Assembly (NCBI GenBank): GCA_951406725.2
Contig: OX597818.1
Coordinates: 118,048,001-118,112,000, forward strand
Length of the DNA: 64,000 bases
Direction of reading: 5' to 3'
Source of the DNA: Octopus vulgaris
Lineage: Eukaryota
The notes beneath the pieces were generated by a model. The model was not told the DNA's origin. It ran no database searches and was given only the letters and a program-made list of their open reading frames with translations. The first letter of the stretch is position 1. Every line of letters begins with the position of its first letter. Position numbers and translations under genes: made by a program. Shown in pieces: positions 25,632 to 40,498 of this stretch.

Positions 25632-27976
25632 GATCCCCAACTTCTGGTTGAAATATCTAACAGGAATGCACAAAAAGCTGGCTGAAAACTTTAACAGCAT
25701 ACTAGCAGAGCCAGAGACAATGCCTGAATGGCTCACGAAGGGGAAAACCATCTTAATTCCCAAATCAAAAGAAAGAGAAAAAACAGAAAACTACAGACCA
25801 ATAACCTGCCACCCTACTATGTTCAAGGCATTTACTGCAGTGATATCGCAAAGGCTGAAGAAGCACCTGGACGAAAACAAACTGTTCCCAGAAGAGCAGA
25901 AAAGATGCCGCAAAGGCTCATATGGCTGTAAAGATCAACTAATGATTAATAAAGCCGGAACTGAAGACAGCCACAGAAAGAAGAAAGGCCTCAGTATGGC
26001 CTGGATTGACTACAAAAAGGCGTTTGATAGCATCCCCCACACATGGATCCTCGAAACACTAGCCATTAACAAAGTAGCACCAACAATCATAAAATTCATA
26101 GAGCACTCTATTAATAAATGGCAAACAGTCCTACACCTCCAAACAAAAGAGGGACTCATGAAAACCAAAGACATCCCCATTAGAAGAGGAATATTCCAGG
26201 GAGACACGCTCTCCCCACTCCTTTTCTGCTTGGCACTGTCACCTCTATCTGATATTCTAAATAGAACTGGATGCGGATATAAATGTTACGGCAAAACGAT
26301 CAGCCACCTTTTATATATGGATGACCTAAAACTATACGCTGCAAATGACAAACAGCTGGAAACACTATTAAAGACAGTTCATGGATTTACCAAAGAAATA
26401 GATATGAAATTTGGATTAGAAAAATGCGCCAAAGTAACCATGAAAAGAGGAAAACTAGTTAAGAGTAACAACATCACACTAGATAAAACCAATGAAATGA
26501 AAAAAAAATAAGACCAAAGCCAAACTTACAAATACTTAGGAATCCATGAACTAGATAAGACACAACACACACAAATGAAAGAGAAAATAAAAAAAGAATA
26601 TTATAGACGAGTTAGATCAATACTAAAAACAGAGCTCAATGCTAAAAACAAGATAATAGGTATCAACACTTTAGCTGTCCCAGTTATAAGTTACAGCTAG
26701 AATATCCTTAACTGGACACGAAATGAACTGTCCAAAATAGATAGGAAAACAAGAAAAATACTGACAGGATCTAGGATGCATCACCCAAAATCTGACATAG
26801 AAAGACTATATATACAACGTATAGAAGGTGGTAGAGGCCTTATACAGCTGGAAAACCACTATAAAATAACCACCATAGGACTGCAAAAATACCTACTTCA
26901 GAAGGAAGGAAAACTGATCCAGATAGCAGCAAAACACGAGCAAAACAAAAAACTGTCCTCAGTATTTAAGGAAGCTGACAAATACAAACAAGAAATCATA
27001 CCACCTAATAAACACAAAGAAGAAGAAGAAGATGATGAAGAAACAACAAAAGCTATAAAACAAATGAAATCCAAACTAAAAATAGAACAGCAACGTATCA
27101 TGATAAAACGATGGCAAGAAAAGCCCCTTCATGGTAAATACTGGACTAAACTAAACGCAAAAGAAATAGACAAAGAAAATCCCAGCAATGGTTGAGAAGC
27201 TCAGGACTCAAAGCAGAAACAGAGGGATTTTTAATTGCAGCACAAGACCAAAGCCTCCCCACCAGAAATTACCAAAAACATGTAATGAAAAGAAATATTA
27301 CAAGTAACTGCAGAATATGTGGAGATGGACAAGAAACAATAAATCATATTATCTCTAGCTGCCCAGTCCTGGCTAAGAAGGAATATATTCACAGACATGA
27401 CAGAGTTGGAACGTACATACATTGGAAGCTATGCCAACATTATGGAATAACAACAGATAAAAGATGGTATAGGCACACACCAGAAAAGGTCACAGAAAAC
27501 GAGAAAGCAACCATACTCTGGGATATGCCGATACACACAGATAGAGAAATTAAGGCCAACAGTCCAGATATAGTTGTCAGAGATCATGAAGAAAAAAATG
27601 ATTTCTAATTGATGTATCAATACCGGCAGATGACAACGTGTCTCTAAAAGAAATGGAGAAACTCTCAAAATACAAAGACCTGGAAATAGAGGTAACTAGA
27701 ATGTGGAATCTGAAAACAGAAACAATTCCTATCATAGTAGGTGCATTAGGCATGATAAAAAAATATTCAGACAAATACATAACAAAAACACCAGGACTTA
27801 CAAACACATATAACATACAGAAAATTGCACTACTAGGCACTGCACACATCCTACGCAGAACACTTTCCATACAATAACCATCAGAGCATCACAACAAATC
27901 ACAGCACATACCCAAGGCACACAGAGCTGCGCTCGGTAGTGAAGTGAAAGCACGCTATAAAAATAAAACTACTGAA
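25632..27976 (+). mobile_element. R4/Dong-clade non-LTR retrotransposon (RT + CCHC + restriction-like endonuclease), 5'-truncated and disrupted
   Basis: NYRPITC, WIDYKKAFDSIPH, RGIFQGDTLSP, HLLYMDD, CRIC..ETINHIISSC, RHD, PDIV..D..K..KY, LGTAHILR. Flanked by (AAT)n. Lesions near 26505, 26698, 27180 and 27595. Confidence 0.92.
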
Positions 27977-28383
27977 TAATAATGATAACGAAAATCCAAC
28001 TGTGACTTACGTTGGATGAACATCTTATTTCCATCATACACTTCTAGCTTCTCTTGACTTATTATTAATCACTTTCCTTACACGGTAAATATAAAAATAG
28101 AAGATACCTTTTCAGATCTGTTAAATGTTTGTAATAATTATCTCCCCTACACAGGAACTCTCAATGTTTGATTATACGATTGCTTCATTTGGTAGTTATG
28201 TTTAATTCGCGGAGAGAAAATGACCATACAGATGAGTTAACATTTATTTGTACTAATATTTCTTTTTCCTACTTTTATTCTACATTTCTGTTCATTATTT
28301 ATTAAAGTAAAGTTATTCCGACAACTTCTAGTTGTATGATTTTAGCTTGTCATGTCTTTATATAGGATGTAAATAGCAAAATA

Positions 28384-29669
28384 CGAGGGACGTTCAATAA
28401 GTAATGCCCCTGGCCCATTTCCCATAGCAGTAGAGCAACGAAACTTGGAACAGTTATTAGTCTTTTTCTACATAGGACCCACGCAGAGTTACGCATTTCT
28501 CCCATTGTGTGATGCAGCTCTGGAGACCATTTTTTAAAAGATCCCTGCTTGGTCCTCCAACCTGAACGTGACTTCAGAAATCAAGGCTGCATCATCTGGG
28601 AAACGCTTTCCTTTCAAAAGCAACTTCATGACTGGGAAGAGGTGAAAATCAGAGGGTGCAAGGTCAGGAAAGTAGGGGGATGGGGGAGGAGTTCATAGCC
28701 ATACGCCTGTGCTTCTGATCTGGCTACAAGCGAGTTGTTGGCCGGAGCGTTGTCCTGCAGGAGGAGGATATATTTGCTGATCTTGCCCCGCCTCTTGATT
28801 TTGATAACTTCTCTTAATTTCCTCAAAAGTGAAGCATAATAGGCTCCTGCAATTGTGGTACCCTTTGCCAGGAAATCTGTCATCACTACTCCGTCCTGGT
28901 CCCAGAAGACTGTGAGCATGACCTTGCCAGCGGAGGGCTGCACCCTTGCCTTTTTTGGAGGGGGTGAGTCACGGTGCTTCCACTGCATTGACTGGGCTTT
29001 GGTCTCTGGATCATCGTGATGGACCCAGGTCTCATCATGTGTAATCAGTCTTTTGAAAAATTTTGACTCATCTTCTTGGCACATCTCCAAATTCACCCTC
29101 GAGCACTCGATGCGTTCTTGCTTCTGGAAAGGCGTGAGCAACCTGGGAATCCATATGGCAGACACCTTTTGCATATGCAAATGGTCATGAATGATAGTTT
29201 CCACAGACCCGGTACTAATCTTGACCTCATGGGCTATTTGGCGAATAATTATGCGTCGGTCTTCCAAAATGGCAGCCTCAACTTGACGGACAGATGCCTC
29301 ATCAATGGCAGAAGGGCGACCAGATCTGGGAGCTGTTTCCACAGAGTTCCGACCATGTTTGAATTTACGATGCCAGCGTTTTACAAGGACATATGATGGG
29401 GCATCATCACCATAAGTTACTTTCATTTCATCAAAAGTCTCCCGTGGTGTGCGTCCTTTCAAATACAAAAACCGGATCACTGCTCGACACTCAACAGGCT
29501 CCATTTCACACTTGACTCGGTTCAAACACCTGTAAATCAGGCATCTGTCCGTTCAGAGCTGTAATGTGCCACTTACTCTATAGAGATATGAATGATTGCA
29601 CATGCAAAATTTCAGCTAGATCAAACAACTGCAAATGGGTCAGAGGCATTACTTATTGAACGTCCCTCG
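28384..29669 (-). mobile_element. Complete mariner transposon (about 1.29 kb)
   Basis: TIRs cgagggacgttcaataagtaatgcc at both ends; TA duplications at 28382-83 and 29670-71. Confidence 0.95.
28457..29525 (-). pseudogene. Mariner DD34D transposase with a frameshift near 28670 and a late stop
   Basis: WIPRLL, THDETWV, LLQDNAP, HPP..PDLAPSDF (after the shift), ending YVEKD*. Confidence 0.9.
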
Positions 29670-29718
29670 TAAGTTCATGTAATCTTGACCTGAAGATTGG
29701 CAATATATTCATTTTAAT

Positions 29719-30505
29719 ATGGTATTAAAAACCGTTCTCCGGGAGCTTCACAAAGCCGAATTTCACGGAAGAGCTGGAATCCGAAAACCACTACTTTCAA
29801 AAACAAATGTTGCAAAGCGTTTAGAGTGGAGTAAAATGCTACACAATTGGTCCCTAGAGCAGTGGAAGTATGTTATTTTGTCAGACGAGTCATTCTTTAC
29901 TTTATATCCGACCACTGGCCGAGTTTACATATGAAGACTGAGAAAGGAAGCATTTGACCTAGACTGCCTTCGTCTAACTGTCAAACGTGGAGGAGGATCT
30001 GTGATGATCTGAGAGGGGGGCTATATCTTGGAAATCTGCCGGCCTAATTATTTCCCTTTATGGCAGACATTTTAAGCATTTTATCTGATCAAATTCATGC
30101 GAAGTTTGCGAAATTGTTTCCGAAAGGAAACGCAATCTTTCAGGATGAGAGGAGCCAATTCACACAGGGAAAGTTGTTGCTGAATGGCACGAGGAACATT
30201 CTAGTGAAGTCGAACATCTTATGTGGCCACCAGAGTCCCCAGATCTCAATATTATTGATCATTTATGGTGCATTGTAGAAAAAACCCAGGAGTCTATATC
30301 CTCCAACATCAAGACTACAAGAACTGGAGACTGTTTTTACGCTGTATATTGTAGAAAAATTAGTTTGGAAATAATTCAAACTTTGTACGTGTCCATACCT
30401 CGTTTAATTCAAGCTGTAATTACTGCCAAATGTGGCCTTACTCCGTATTAAAATATATAATTGTTTAACATTTTAAGGTATCTCCATTATTTTATCCAAC
30501 CCCCG
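29719..30505 (+). mobile_element. Tc1-family transposon 3' part (disrupted transposase and right end)
   Basis: RKPLLS, W..VILSDES, TVK.GGGSVMI, FQD, WPPESPDLNII, IPRLIQAVITAK.G.TPY*. Confidence 0.88.
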
Positions 30506-30508
30506 TTT

Positions 30509-30614
<106 letters not shown>

Positions 30615-30959
30615 CTACATGCATACATATGTATATATATATATATATGGAGGGTAGGTTATTGTGCGTGTGTGAAATGTGTGAGCGTAGTTGTGTCTGC
30701 ACTTGTCTCGCAAAAACCACTGATTTGCAATAAGTGTTTCTTTCTTTCCATACACTTAACTTCACCGATATTAGAATAAGTAGATGGCTTAGAAAAAATA
30801 CTGAGTTCGATTTGTTCGTTTCAACTATTCAGGACGGTCTCTGAAATTACATCTATCTATCTGTCTATCTATTTATCTATCTATCTCTATTGATTTCTCT
30901 CTATTCATCAATCTATAGCTCTCTCTCTCTCTTTCGATATATATATATACACACACACA

Positions 30960-31021
<62 letters not shown>

Positions 31022-31365
31022 CGTACATATATATATTTCGAATTTGTGTAAATGTGTATAGAATATTAAATGAGTGGAAGAAAGTTAAAACATGGTCTGG
31101 TTTTCACATTTTATATTATAGTATTTAAAAATATATATATAATTTTTTACAATGTTAAAATGTGTTCAACATTAAGAAAATATTTCATAATGTACATAAA
31201 GCTTATAAAAAACGTGAAAACCAGATCAGATTTTAACTTTATTCAACACACACATATACATGTATGTATGTATGTATGTATGTATATGAATGTATGTATA
31301 TGCATGTCTGTGTGTGTATGTAAATATATATGTAGACACACAGACACACACACACACACACACAG

Positions 31366-31404
<39 letters not shown>

Positions 31405-31474
31405 TAGAGAGATAGATAGATAAATAATATTTATGTATATATGCATACGTATATGTACATACTTACATATATAC

Positions 31475-31531
<57 letters not shown>

Positions 31532-32057
31532 CATTTATATATATGTATATCCATATATGGGCACTGGAAGTTACAGAAACGAAAAACCGTAAAATACGAA
31601 TATGCGAAATACGAAATACTAATACATGGAATATGAACTTTTCTTGCGAACAACGAGAGAAACAAATGGAAAACAAGACAAGCAACATAACGAACAACCC
31701 TTCATCAGTTGTCGGCTCTTTTTCTAATCCGTATTTCGAGCAATTCCCGACAAGATACGACAAGATAAAACAGTTACTCCTGCAAAGCAAATTAAATTAT
31801 ATTTGGGATTCTGCGGAGGGTCATAATTGGTAACAAAATCAGGACAGTGAAAACAAACAGGAAGGGCTGCTAAGCCTCAACGAGATGTGATCGTGAACAC
31901 GGAGAAGCAAGCTTGGACAGGAGACAGACAAGAATGCATCTAATTCGTTCATCTGAATCAGAAGTAAAGAAGAAACACAAGTTAGAGAAGGAAAGAAAGA
32001 TGGCCGATATTCACGTGGTGTGCTGTAACGAAAACAATTGCAGGGTGGAAGGTGTTT

Positions 32058-32301
32058 ATAAGCCATTTAAGAAACACACGAAAACCGTTTGATTCATTTA
32101 AACATTTAAACTTCATTTTCACCTGTTCATTGACAAAATTCCGTGCTGCTTCTACTCCCAATCTTCAACATTCACACTAAGAGATGCAGCACGGAATTTT
32201 GTCAGTGAACAGGCCGTGGTCTCAAAGCGACGAAAATATTTTGGCAAATTAAATTTAAGTGTTGAAGTGAGTCTAACAGTTTTTGTGTGTTTCTTAAATG
32301 G

Positions 32302-32304
<3 letters not shown>
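32058..32304. mobile_element. Fold-back element made of two inverted copies of a PLE pLTR-like repeat
   Basis: Outer arms aagccatttaagaaacacac / gtgtgtttcttaaatggctt; inner arms 32122-32149 and 32186-32213. A third start of the repeat lies at 32468. Confidence 0.8.
32198..32248 (+). ncRNA. Hammerhead-like motif with G3-C8 core
   Basis: tttgtca GTGAACA g gccgt-ggtctcaaa-gcgac GAAA atat TT tggcaaa. Confidence 0.6.
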
Positions 32305-32368
<64 letters not shown>

Positions 32369-32378
32369 ATGTGTATGT

Positions 32379-32409
<31 letters not shown>

Positions 32410-32410
32410 C

Positions 32411-32470
<60 letters not shown>

Positions 32471-33591
32471 AGCCATTTAAGAAACACACAAAAACTGTTA
32501 TATATATATATGTGTGTGTGTGTGTGTACACAAATACATACTCGCATACATAAATGAACATATGTATTTGATTTGTTTCACCTATTATTGTGCAGAACGA
32601 CCTAATTTCCTCATATCATGATTTTGAAGCGTAAATAGGATTACCTTACATACGATCATTCTCTACGTTGAGATTGTGATAAACCTGGGAGCACTAATAT
32701 TGACTTTCTCCATATATTTACAACAACCATATTTAGGAATATACATTTTTGTGATCTGCATATGGCAGGAATGTCGCTTTTTTGTTGTGAAAGTGAGATT
32801 CTTTCTTGGGCAAACGTGACTCTAAGATAAAACCTTCTTTATCTTAGACGTCTGCGTGAGAATTTCTTTAAAAACAAGAAAAAGATGAAAAAACAACGAT
32901 TTATAAACTTTACAAATCGACGATCGTTCGTTCGAATATAATTATCATATTTCGTGTGTTGGAACTACGGATCATACAAGAACATCCCTTTCTCATCGTC
33001 TGCATGCAGCTTCCATTCTCAGAGCCCTCATACCTTCAGTGAGATCAATATTAATTATATAGAAAATGTGAGAAATCCAGTCAAATAAACATTCGTGAAT
33101 GCATTGTATTTTCTCCGCCATTTTGCTTTTACGATGATCGGGTGCGATGAAATGCTTTGATTATTGGAAATACTGTTTACCTCTGAGTATGACACCCATT
33201 CACCAATGTAATATAATGATACTTAATTGCCTTCGATATCAATGTTTTAAACGTAATCAATGAGAAATTCTCCCCAGTATTTTCAGCAGTGGATTATTTA
33301 GCTTTTTAAAGAAACTGCGTGCTGTAATATTTATCTCATAAATGATTTGGGGCGATTCTAGAATAGCTTTCTGACGTTCTCAATTCCAATCTCATAAGCA
33401 TTTAGTCATCCGTAATTAAAGTTTACAATTTTATAATTATAGCAGTGATTATAAAATGTGATGTTTCCCTAACGGGATAATTATTAATTTTTAAATTGAA
33501 ACATAATTTTAACAAACAATTATGAAACCCGGGGCTTGAATGCAGAAATATTGCGTATAGATTCTACTAGAAAAACGTATATATACACACC

Positions 33592-33772
<181 letters not shown>

Positions 33773-34119
33773 GTTTGTGTACAAAAGATTATTTACTAGA
33801 TAAATCAAAAGCATTTCTCGACATATACTACACATGAAATGCAGTGAGCCTATTTACCAAGCAAAGAATCGCTATTAATGCAGCTCTTCCAAGTAAACAC
33901 AGATTTATTTCTTGTCTCCAGCTATTCATTAAACCGTATGCATAATATATACAAACACATACCTATATGCGCGCGCACACGTATAAATACATATAAGCAT
34001 ACATACGCATGCATATGCTTGTGTCTGCGTTTGTGTGTATGTTACAGAGACGAGGAAAGTTAGCGTGAGCCAGCACTTTGTGTATTTATGAATAAATTTG
34101 CGTGGCGGTTATATAATAT

Positions 34120-34280
34120 TGGTTTGGAATTTTGGCACAACACCAACCTGTTTAGAGATAGGGGTAAGTCAATTATATCGAGTCGAGTACTTTACTGGTA
34201 CTTACTCTATCGACCACAAAGTGACAAATGACTAAGATGATCTGAGCGGAATTTGGACAAAGAACGAAACACGGACGGAT
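34120..34280 (-). mobile_element. SINE family A, degraded
   Basis: actggtacttactctatcgacc block. Confidence 0.65.
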
Positions 34281-34281
34281 T

Positions 34282-34322
<41 letters not shown>

Positions 34323-34346
34323 AATATATTTACATATATACATTCG

Positions 34347-34384
<38 letters not shown>

Positions 34385-34691
34385 CAAAAATGGGACAACA
34401 AAATATCCAGACAGACGATACAACGTATACAAGGACGGGTCATCCGGAGTTTTCTTTCCTCAGTCGAGTTCCAGATTATTTTTGCAATTTCGGCTGGTTA
34501 TACACGAGATTGCTCCAATCTGGCCAGCCGTAAAATTACAATCCGCCGCGCTGATTGGATCATCTATAAACCCGATTAATTTCTATATTCCATAAATATT
34601 TGTCAAGGATTCATCGTTTCCTTTGTTGTACCACAATTATAAGTGCATATATAACGTCAACTAACTATTAATAGATTAAAAAAGAACATCA

Positions 34692-35730
<1,039 letters not shown>

Positions 35731-36371
35731 ATACTATAATATATTGCACAACGTTGAACGGGGACTTTGCTAACAAATGTTTTAACACAGCCTTGTTATA
35801 CAGACATATTAAAATTTTTTGAGGCCCAAGGTTTCCACGCGAAAGAGACTTGGCTGTGTTTTCTATCTATTCGAGCACCCGTGTCGAGACCCCGTTGTTT
35901 AATATTGGACTATCTGTTATTAGAATTGTAACGAGACTAACAGATAATAGATGATCTAGAATTTCTCTGTTGAAAAAACAGAATCTGTGACATCAGAGCA
36001 TAAGGAATCTGCGTTAAAAAACCGGATATGCAACCTACTGAAGAGAGCAGTGAAAATATTGTCTCTATGAAGACAAGCAGAGTGGAAACGGAAGAAAGAA
36101 GAACAGAAAGAGGAAAGGCAATATCCTTGTAATTCTATAAAAGTACTCTAATAGTAATACTTTCAGTTTTAAATATAGTTTATAAAGATAATAATCAATG
36201 TTCTAATTTAAGATCTTATAAAGTAATTTTAAACCGGTGCTCCCTAAAAATGTATGATTTTATATGTATGCAATTCAACTAAGATACGTACACACGCAGA
36301 CACACATATATATATATTTGTATGTATATACATGTATATATGTATATACATGTATATACATATACATATAC

Positions 36372-36533
36372 AGGAGTGGCTGTGTGGTAAGTAGCTTGCT
36401 AATCAACCACATGGTTCCGGGTTCAGTCCCACTGCGTGGCATCTTGGGCAAGTGTCTTCTGCTGTAGCCCCGGGCCGACCAACGCCTTGTGAGTGGATTT
36501 GGTAGATGGAAACTGAAGGAAGCCTGTCTTATA

Positions 36534-36576
<43 letters not shown>

Positions 36577-36800
36577 TTGTGTGTCTGTGTCTGTGTCTGT
36601 GTTTGTCCCCCTAGCATTGCTTGACAACCTATATCGGTGTGTTTACGTCCACGTCACTTAGCGGTTCGGCAAAAGAGACCGATAGAATAAGTACTGGGCT
36701 TACAAAGAATAAGTCTCGGGGTCGATTTGCTCGACTAAAAGGCGGTGCTCCAGCGTGGCCGCAGTCAAATGACTAAAACATGTAAAAGGGATTAAAAGAG
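36372..36800 (+). mobile_element. SINE family B, full copy (tRNA-derived head, CORE-like ttgggcaagtg, internal TA/TG tract)
   Basis: tggctgtgtggtaag A box and gggttcagtccc B-box-like motif; many copies in the window. Confidence 0.88.
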
Positions 36801-37021
36801 ATATATTCGTTGTTAAAAGTCCGTTTCCTTGTTTTGTTTTTATGTTTTCGTTTCTCGTTGTGTTCTACGTTTATTTGTGGTGTCCTGTACCCACATATGC
36901 ATATATATATACATATAGATGTAGGTATGTACATATATGTATGTATGCATATGTTTTATTTATTAAATTGTTAATATATGATTGAACGCACGCGTCGTCT
37001 TCTTCCAAGTAAGTTTTCTTT

Positions 37022-37096
<75 letters not shown>

Positions 37097-37930
37097 CATA
37101 CATACATACATACATATATTCATACATACATACATACGTATATATGATATAAATATAGATAGACAGTTAGATAGAGACACAGACAGATATAGATATAAAG
37201 ATAGATATTGATATACAAATATAAATGTATATATCCGTATATAATATATAAGCTGTGAAAAATATTTCCTCTATGCATGGGTGTGTAAATACTTAGATGC
37301 GCGCGTGTGAGGGCGTTAGGATACTGTATTTTTTTAATGAGAGTAACGAAATGTGTTGATGTAGAATGAGGTAGACTAATAGTCAGAATGACAGGGTACG
37401 AAAGTGTGTCGGTTTACGTTGAGAAGACATAATTAAAAACATGGCGGTTTGGCAGAAACAGCTGACACCCGAGTAAATTAGTGTACCGGCTATATTTTAT
37501 CAGTATCTTAAGTACGAATTTACTCAGTGACTGCGTTGCTTTCAACAACATAATTTAGTGGGTGGAGTAAAATACACATGTGAATGGTTAGAGTAAATAG
37601 AGATGTGTACATAACATAAGACATGTTGTCCTATGGGAATTTCAACTTGATGACCACTATACTACGATCTAATTTGAAAATATTCGTGATATATATTTCA
37701 GAAAACAACGACGCTTCTTCATGCGCTTTTGTATATGATGGACGGAATGTCTGTAGGTATTTTGATACTCCGTTTTAACTTTGGGTGTTCAAATTACACC
37801 CAAGTCATTTTGGTTATTGTTCTGACGGTATCCACGAAGTTCATAGCAGTCATTTCCTGAGATCGGCATAGTTTATCAAACTACAAATATTTGTGAAATT
37901 GTGTCATAGATTCTCACTCACTTACTCACC

Positions 37931-38018
<88 letters not shown>

Positions 38019-38089
38019 ATTTAACTCTTTCTTTCTATCTATATGCTTGTCTATCTATCTATCGACCAACACTTCAACGCCAAACACGA

Positions 38090-40310
38090 TTGATGCGTTG
38101 TCAGAGATAGGATGCGTGCTCTGAGGAACCAAGGAGTTTGAGCCGCCCGAGAGGCCCGAGTGACGGAAACGCAAAAGAGCCACCATCAGGTCACTTACAG
38201 CTGAACAGGGAGGCAACGTACTCGAGCCTGAAATGATGCTTGAGGCCTTTCAACAACACTTTGCCCGACTGTTCGAGACAACTGGTGAGTCAGAATGCAG
38301 GGTGGAATTTGGTGACTTCATGGCCTGCCACGAGAGAAGCAGAGTGTTGTGAAAGACCCATCACAGCCGTAGACGTACGAGATGCGATGGCTGGTTGCAC
38401 AGGAGACAAGTCACCAGACTTGGATGGTCTGCCCTACGAACTTTATAGTCATATGCCAGACTTGTTTGGAGGCGTCTTGGCAGCTGTCTACCGCAACTGG
38501 CAGCAAAACGGGAGTAACCCCTTCTTTGTAAAGTGCGGTGCGGTGGCACTGCTAAAGAAAGAACTAAACAAGGGAACGTCATAGATAGCCTCAGGCCCAT
38601 CACTATGCTCAATGCAGATTTGAAAATTTTGGCCAAGGTGTTAGCCGAGAGGTTGGCATTTGTCATCGAGAAAGTAGTCGACAAGGCGCAAACGTGCGCT
38701 ATGCCGGGTCGGAGTATCCGTTACAACCTCCATCCGATGCGCTATATCATAGACAGCGTAGTTAAGGAACCTGGTATGGGTGGGGCGCTGATCAATTTGG
38801 ATCAATCAAAAGCTTTCGATAGGGTAGACCATCACTACATGGAGGCTGTCCTTAGAGCGGCTGGTTTCGATCCTAACTTCCGCAATTCGATCGCTGCCTT
38901 ATACAGCGGCATCAGCTCGGTAGTTCACGTAAATTGTCATCTATCCAGACTATTTAACATCATGCGTTCGGTTCATTAAAGATGCCCCCTCTCGCCGCTT
39001 CTATATGTATTGACTCTTGAGTCACTACAACGGAAGCTGCCCACACTGAGGGGCATCCCACTAAAGCAGGGATGCGGGCGGAGCGAGTCTGCATACGCGA
39101 ATGACGTCACCATCATTCTCTCGTGCCACAAGCACATCGACCTAGTCGGCGAGACACTAAAAGAATATCAAGCGGTAACGGAAGCAAAAATTAACCGGGA
39201 AAAGTCAGTGAGCTTGCGGCTCGAGACCTGGAGAAGCAAGCCCATACCGTCCAACAGCGTCTCCATAGTGGAACGCTGGACTGATGGAATGGTTAAATTG
39301 CTCGGAGTCTGGTTCGAACCGGACCTCCAAATGGAGAAGGACTGAGGCGAAATAACGGCTAGGGTGGCCACTCTCACCCAACAATGGGTCGAGAGGAAGC
39401 TTTCCCTAAAACGTCGGGCAGAGGTGGCAAACGGGTACCTCGCATCCCTCATCGAGTACTGTCTGACCTACATTCCCTTGTCCCGAGCCTACCATTGTCA
39501 ATCTGGAAAGCATACTCTTCCACTTCTTGTGGAAGGGAAGCGTTCTGATAGTTAGGCGATCTATTTGCTGTCAACATCTGCTAAATGGAGGGCTGGGCAT
39601 GCCGTGGTTGATGATGCGCAGACGCGCTGAGACTGCGATATCTCCGGCTCTTCATAGACGACGGCGAATAGGTATGGTCGCCATTTGTGTGGCGCGCTTT
39701 CCGGCAGCTCGTCTCCTTGGCAGAACTGCAGTCGTGGACCAGGCCGAGGCCGAGGCTAGGCGATTGGCACCGCGAGTGTCGCGTTGCTCTCAAGCAACTC
39801 TGCCGTCCGGGACCAAATTTGTCCGACTTCATTACAACAAAGGCGTCTATAGAGGATTAGGGGAGGGGAGGTGCCACGACGTCCTCGGGTAGAATCTGGG
39901 GGTCGACGAGGAACACATGACCCGACTGTTCAGGACAACTTTCCGGCCGGGACCTATGGACAATCACCAAATATCCCTGGCCTGGCAATAATATCGAGAA
40001 GCATTACCTGCTTGGAATAAGCTCTACAGGCACGGTTCGAGATACACAGGACCGACCTGCCCGAGATGCGGTCTGAGCGACGAAACCGTTCTGCATGCAC
40101 TCGTGCAGTGTCCAATTATTTCAGCCCCCCGGGTTTATGCCGAACGGCTGCTGTACGTGTGGGACGAGTCCGCCTGTTGAACGAGTCTATCGTGAAAATT
40201 TCTCCACCACCTTAATTCAACGCGAAAAGCAAGGCAGTCTTCATCGTACCGGTGGCCATGGTGAAAACGAAGATGAGAATGGAGGGGCAGGTTTTGTGAA
40301 AGTTTGAAGA
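38090..40310 (+). mobile_element. L1/Tx1-clade LINE ORF2 relic (RT + CCHC), multiply disrupted
   Basis: SPDLDGLPYE, RPITMLNADLKILAKVLA.RL, LDQSKAFDRVDH, CPLSPLLY, AYANDV, GGLGMP, CPRC..ETV.H..QC. Preceded by (TATC)n at 37931-38062. Confidence 0.9.
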
Positions 40311-40430
40311 AATGGTTATGATGCATATGCCGGGTGTACCCTTATCACACGGGTAACAATGATGCGTATACTGGACTTCATATATTTGTACCCCAGAGTA
40401 ACTTTGATGGCATGCACTGTTCTCTCATTC

Positions 40431-40482
<52 letters not shown>

Positions 40483-40498
40483 GTAATAATAATAATAA

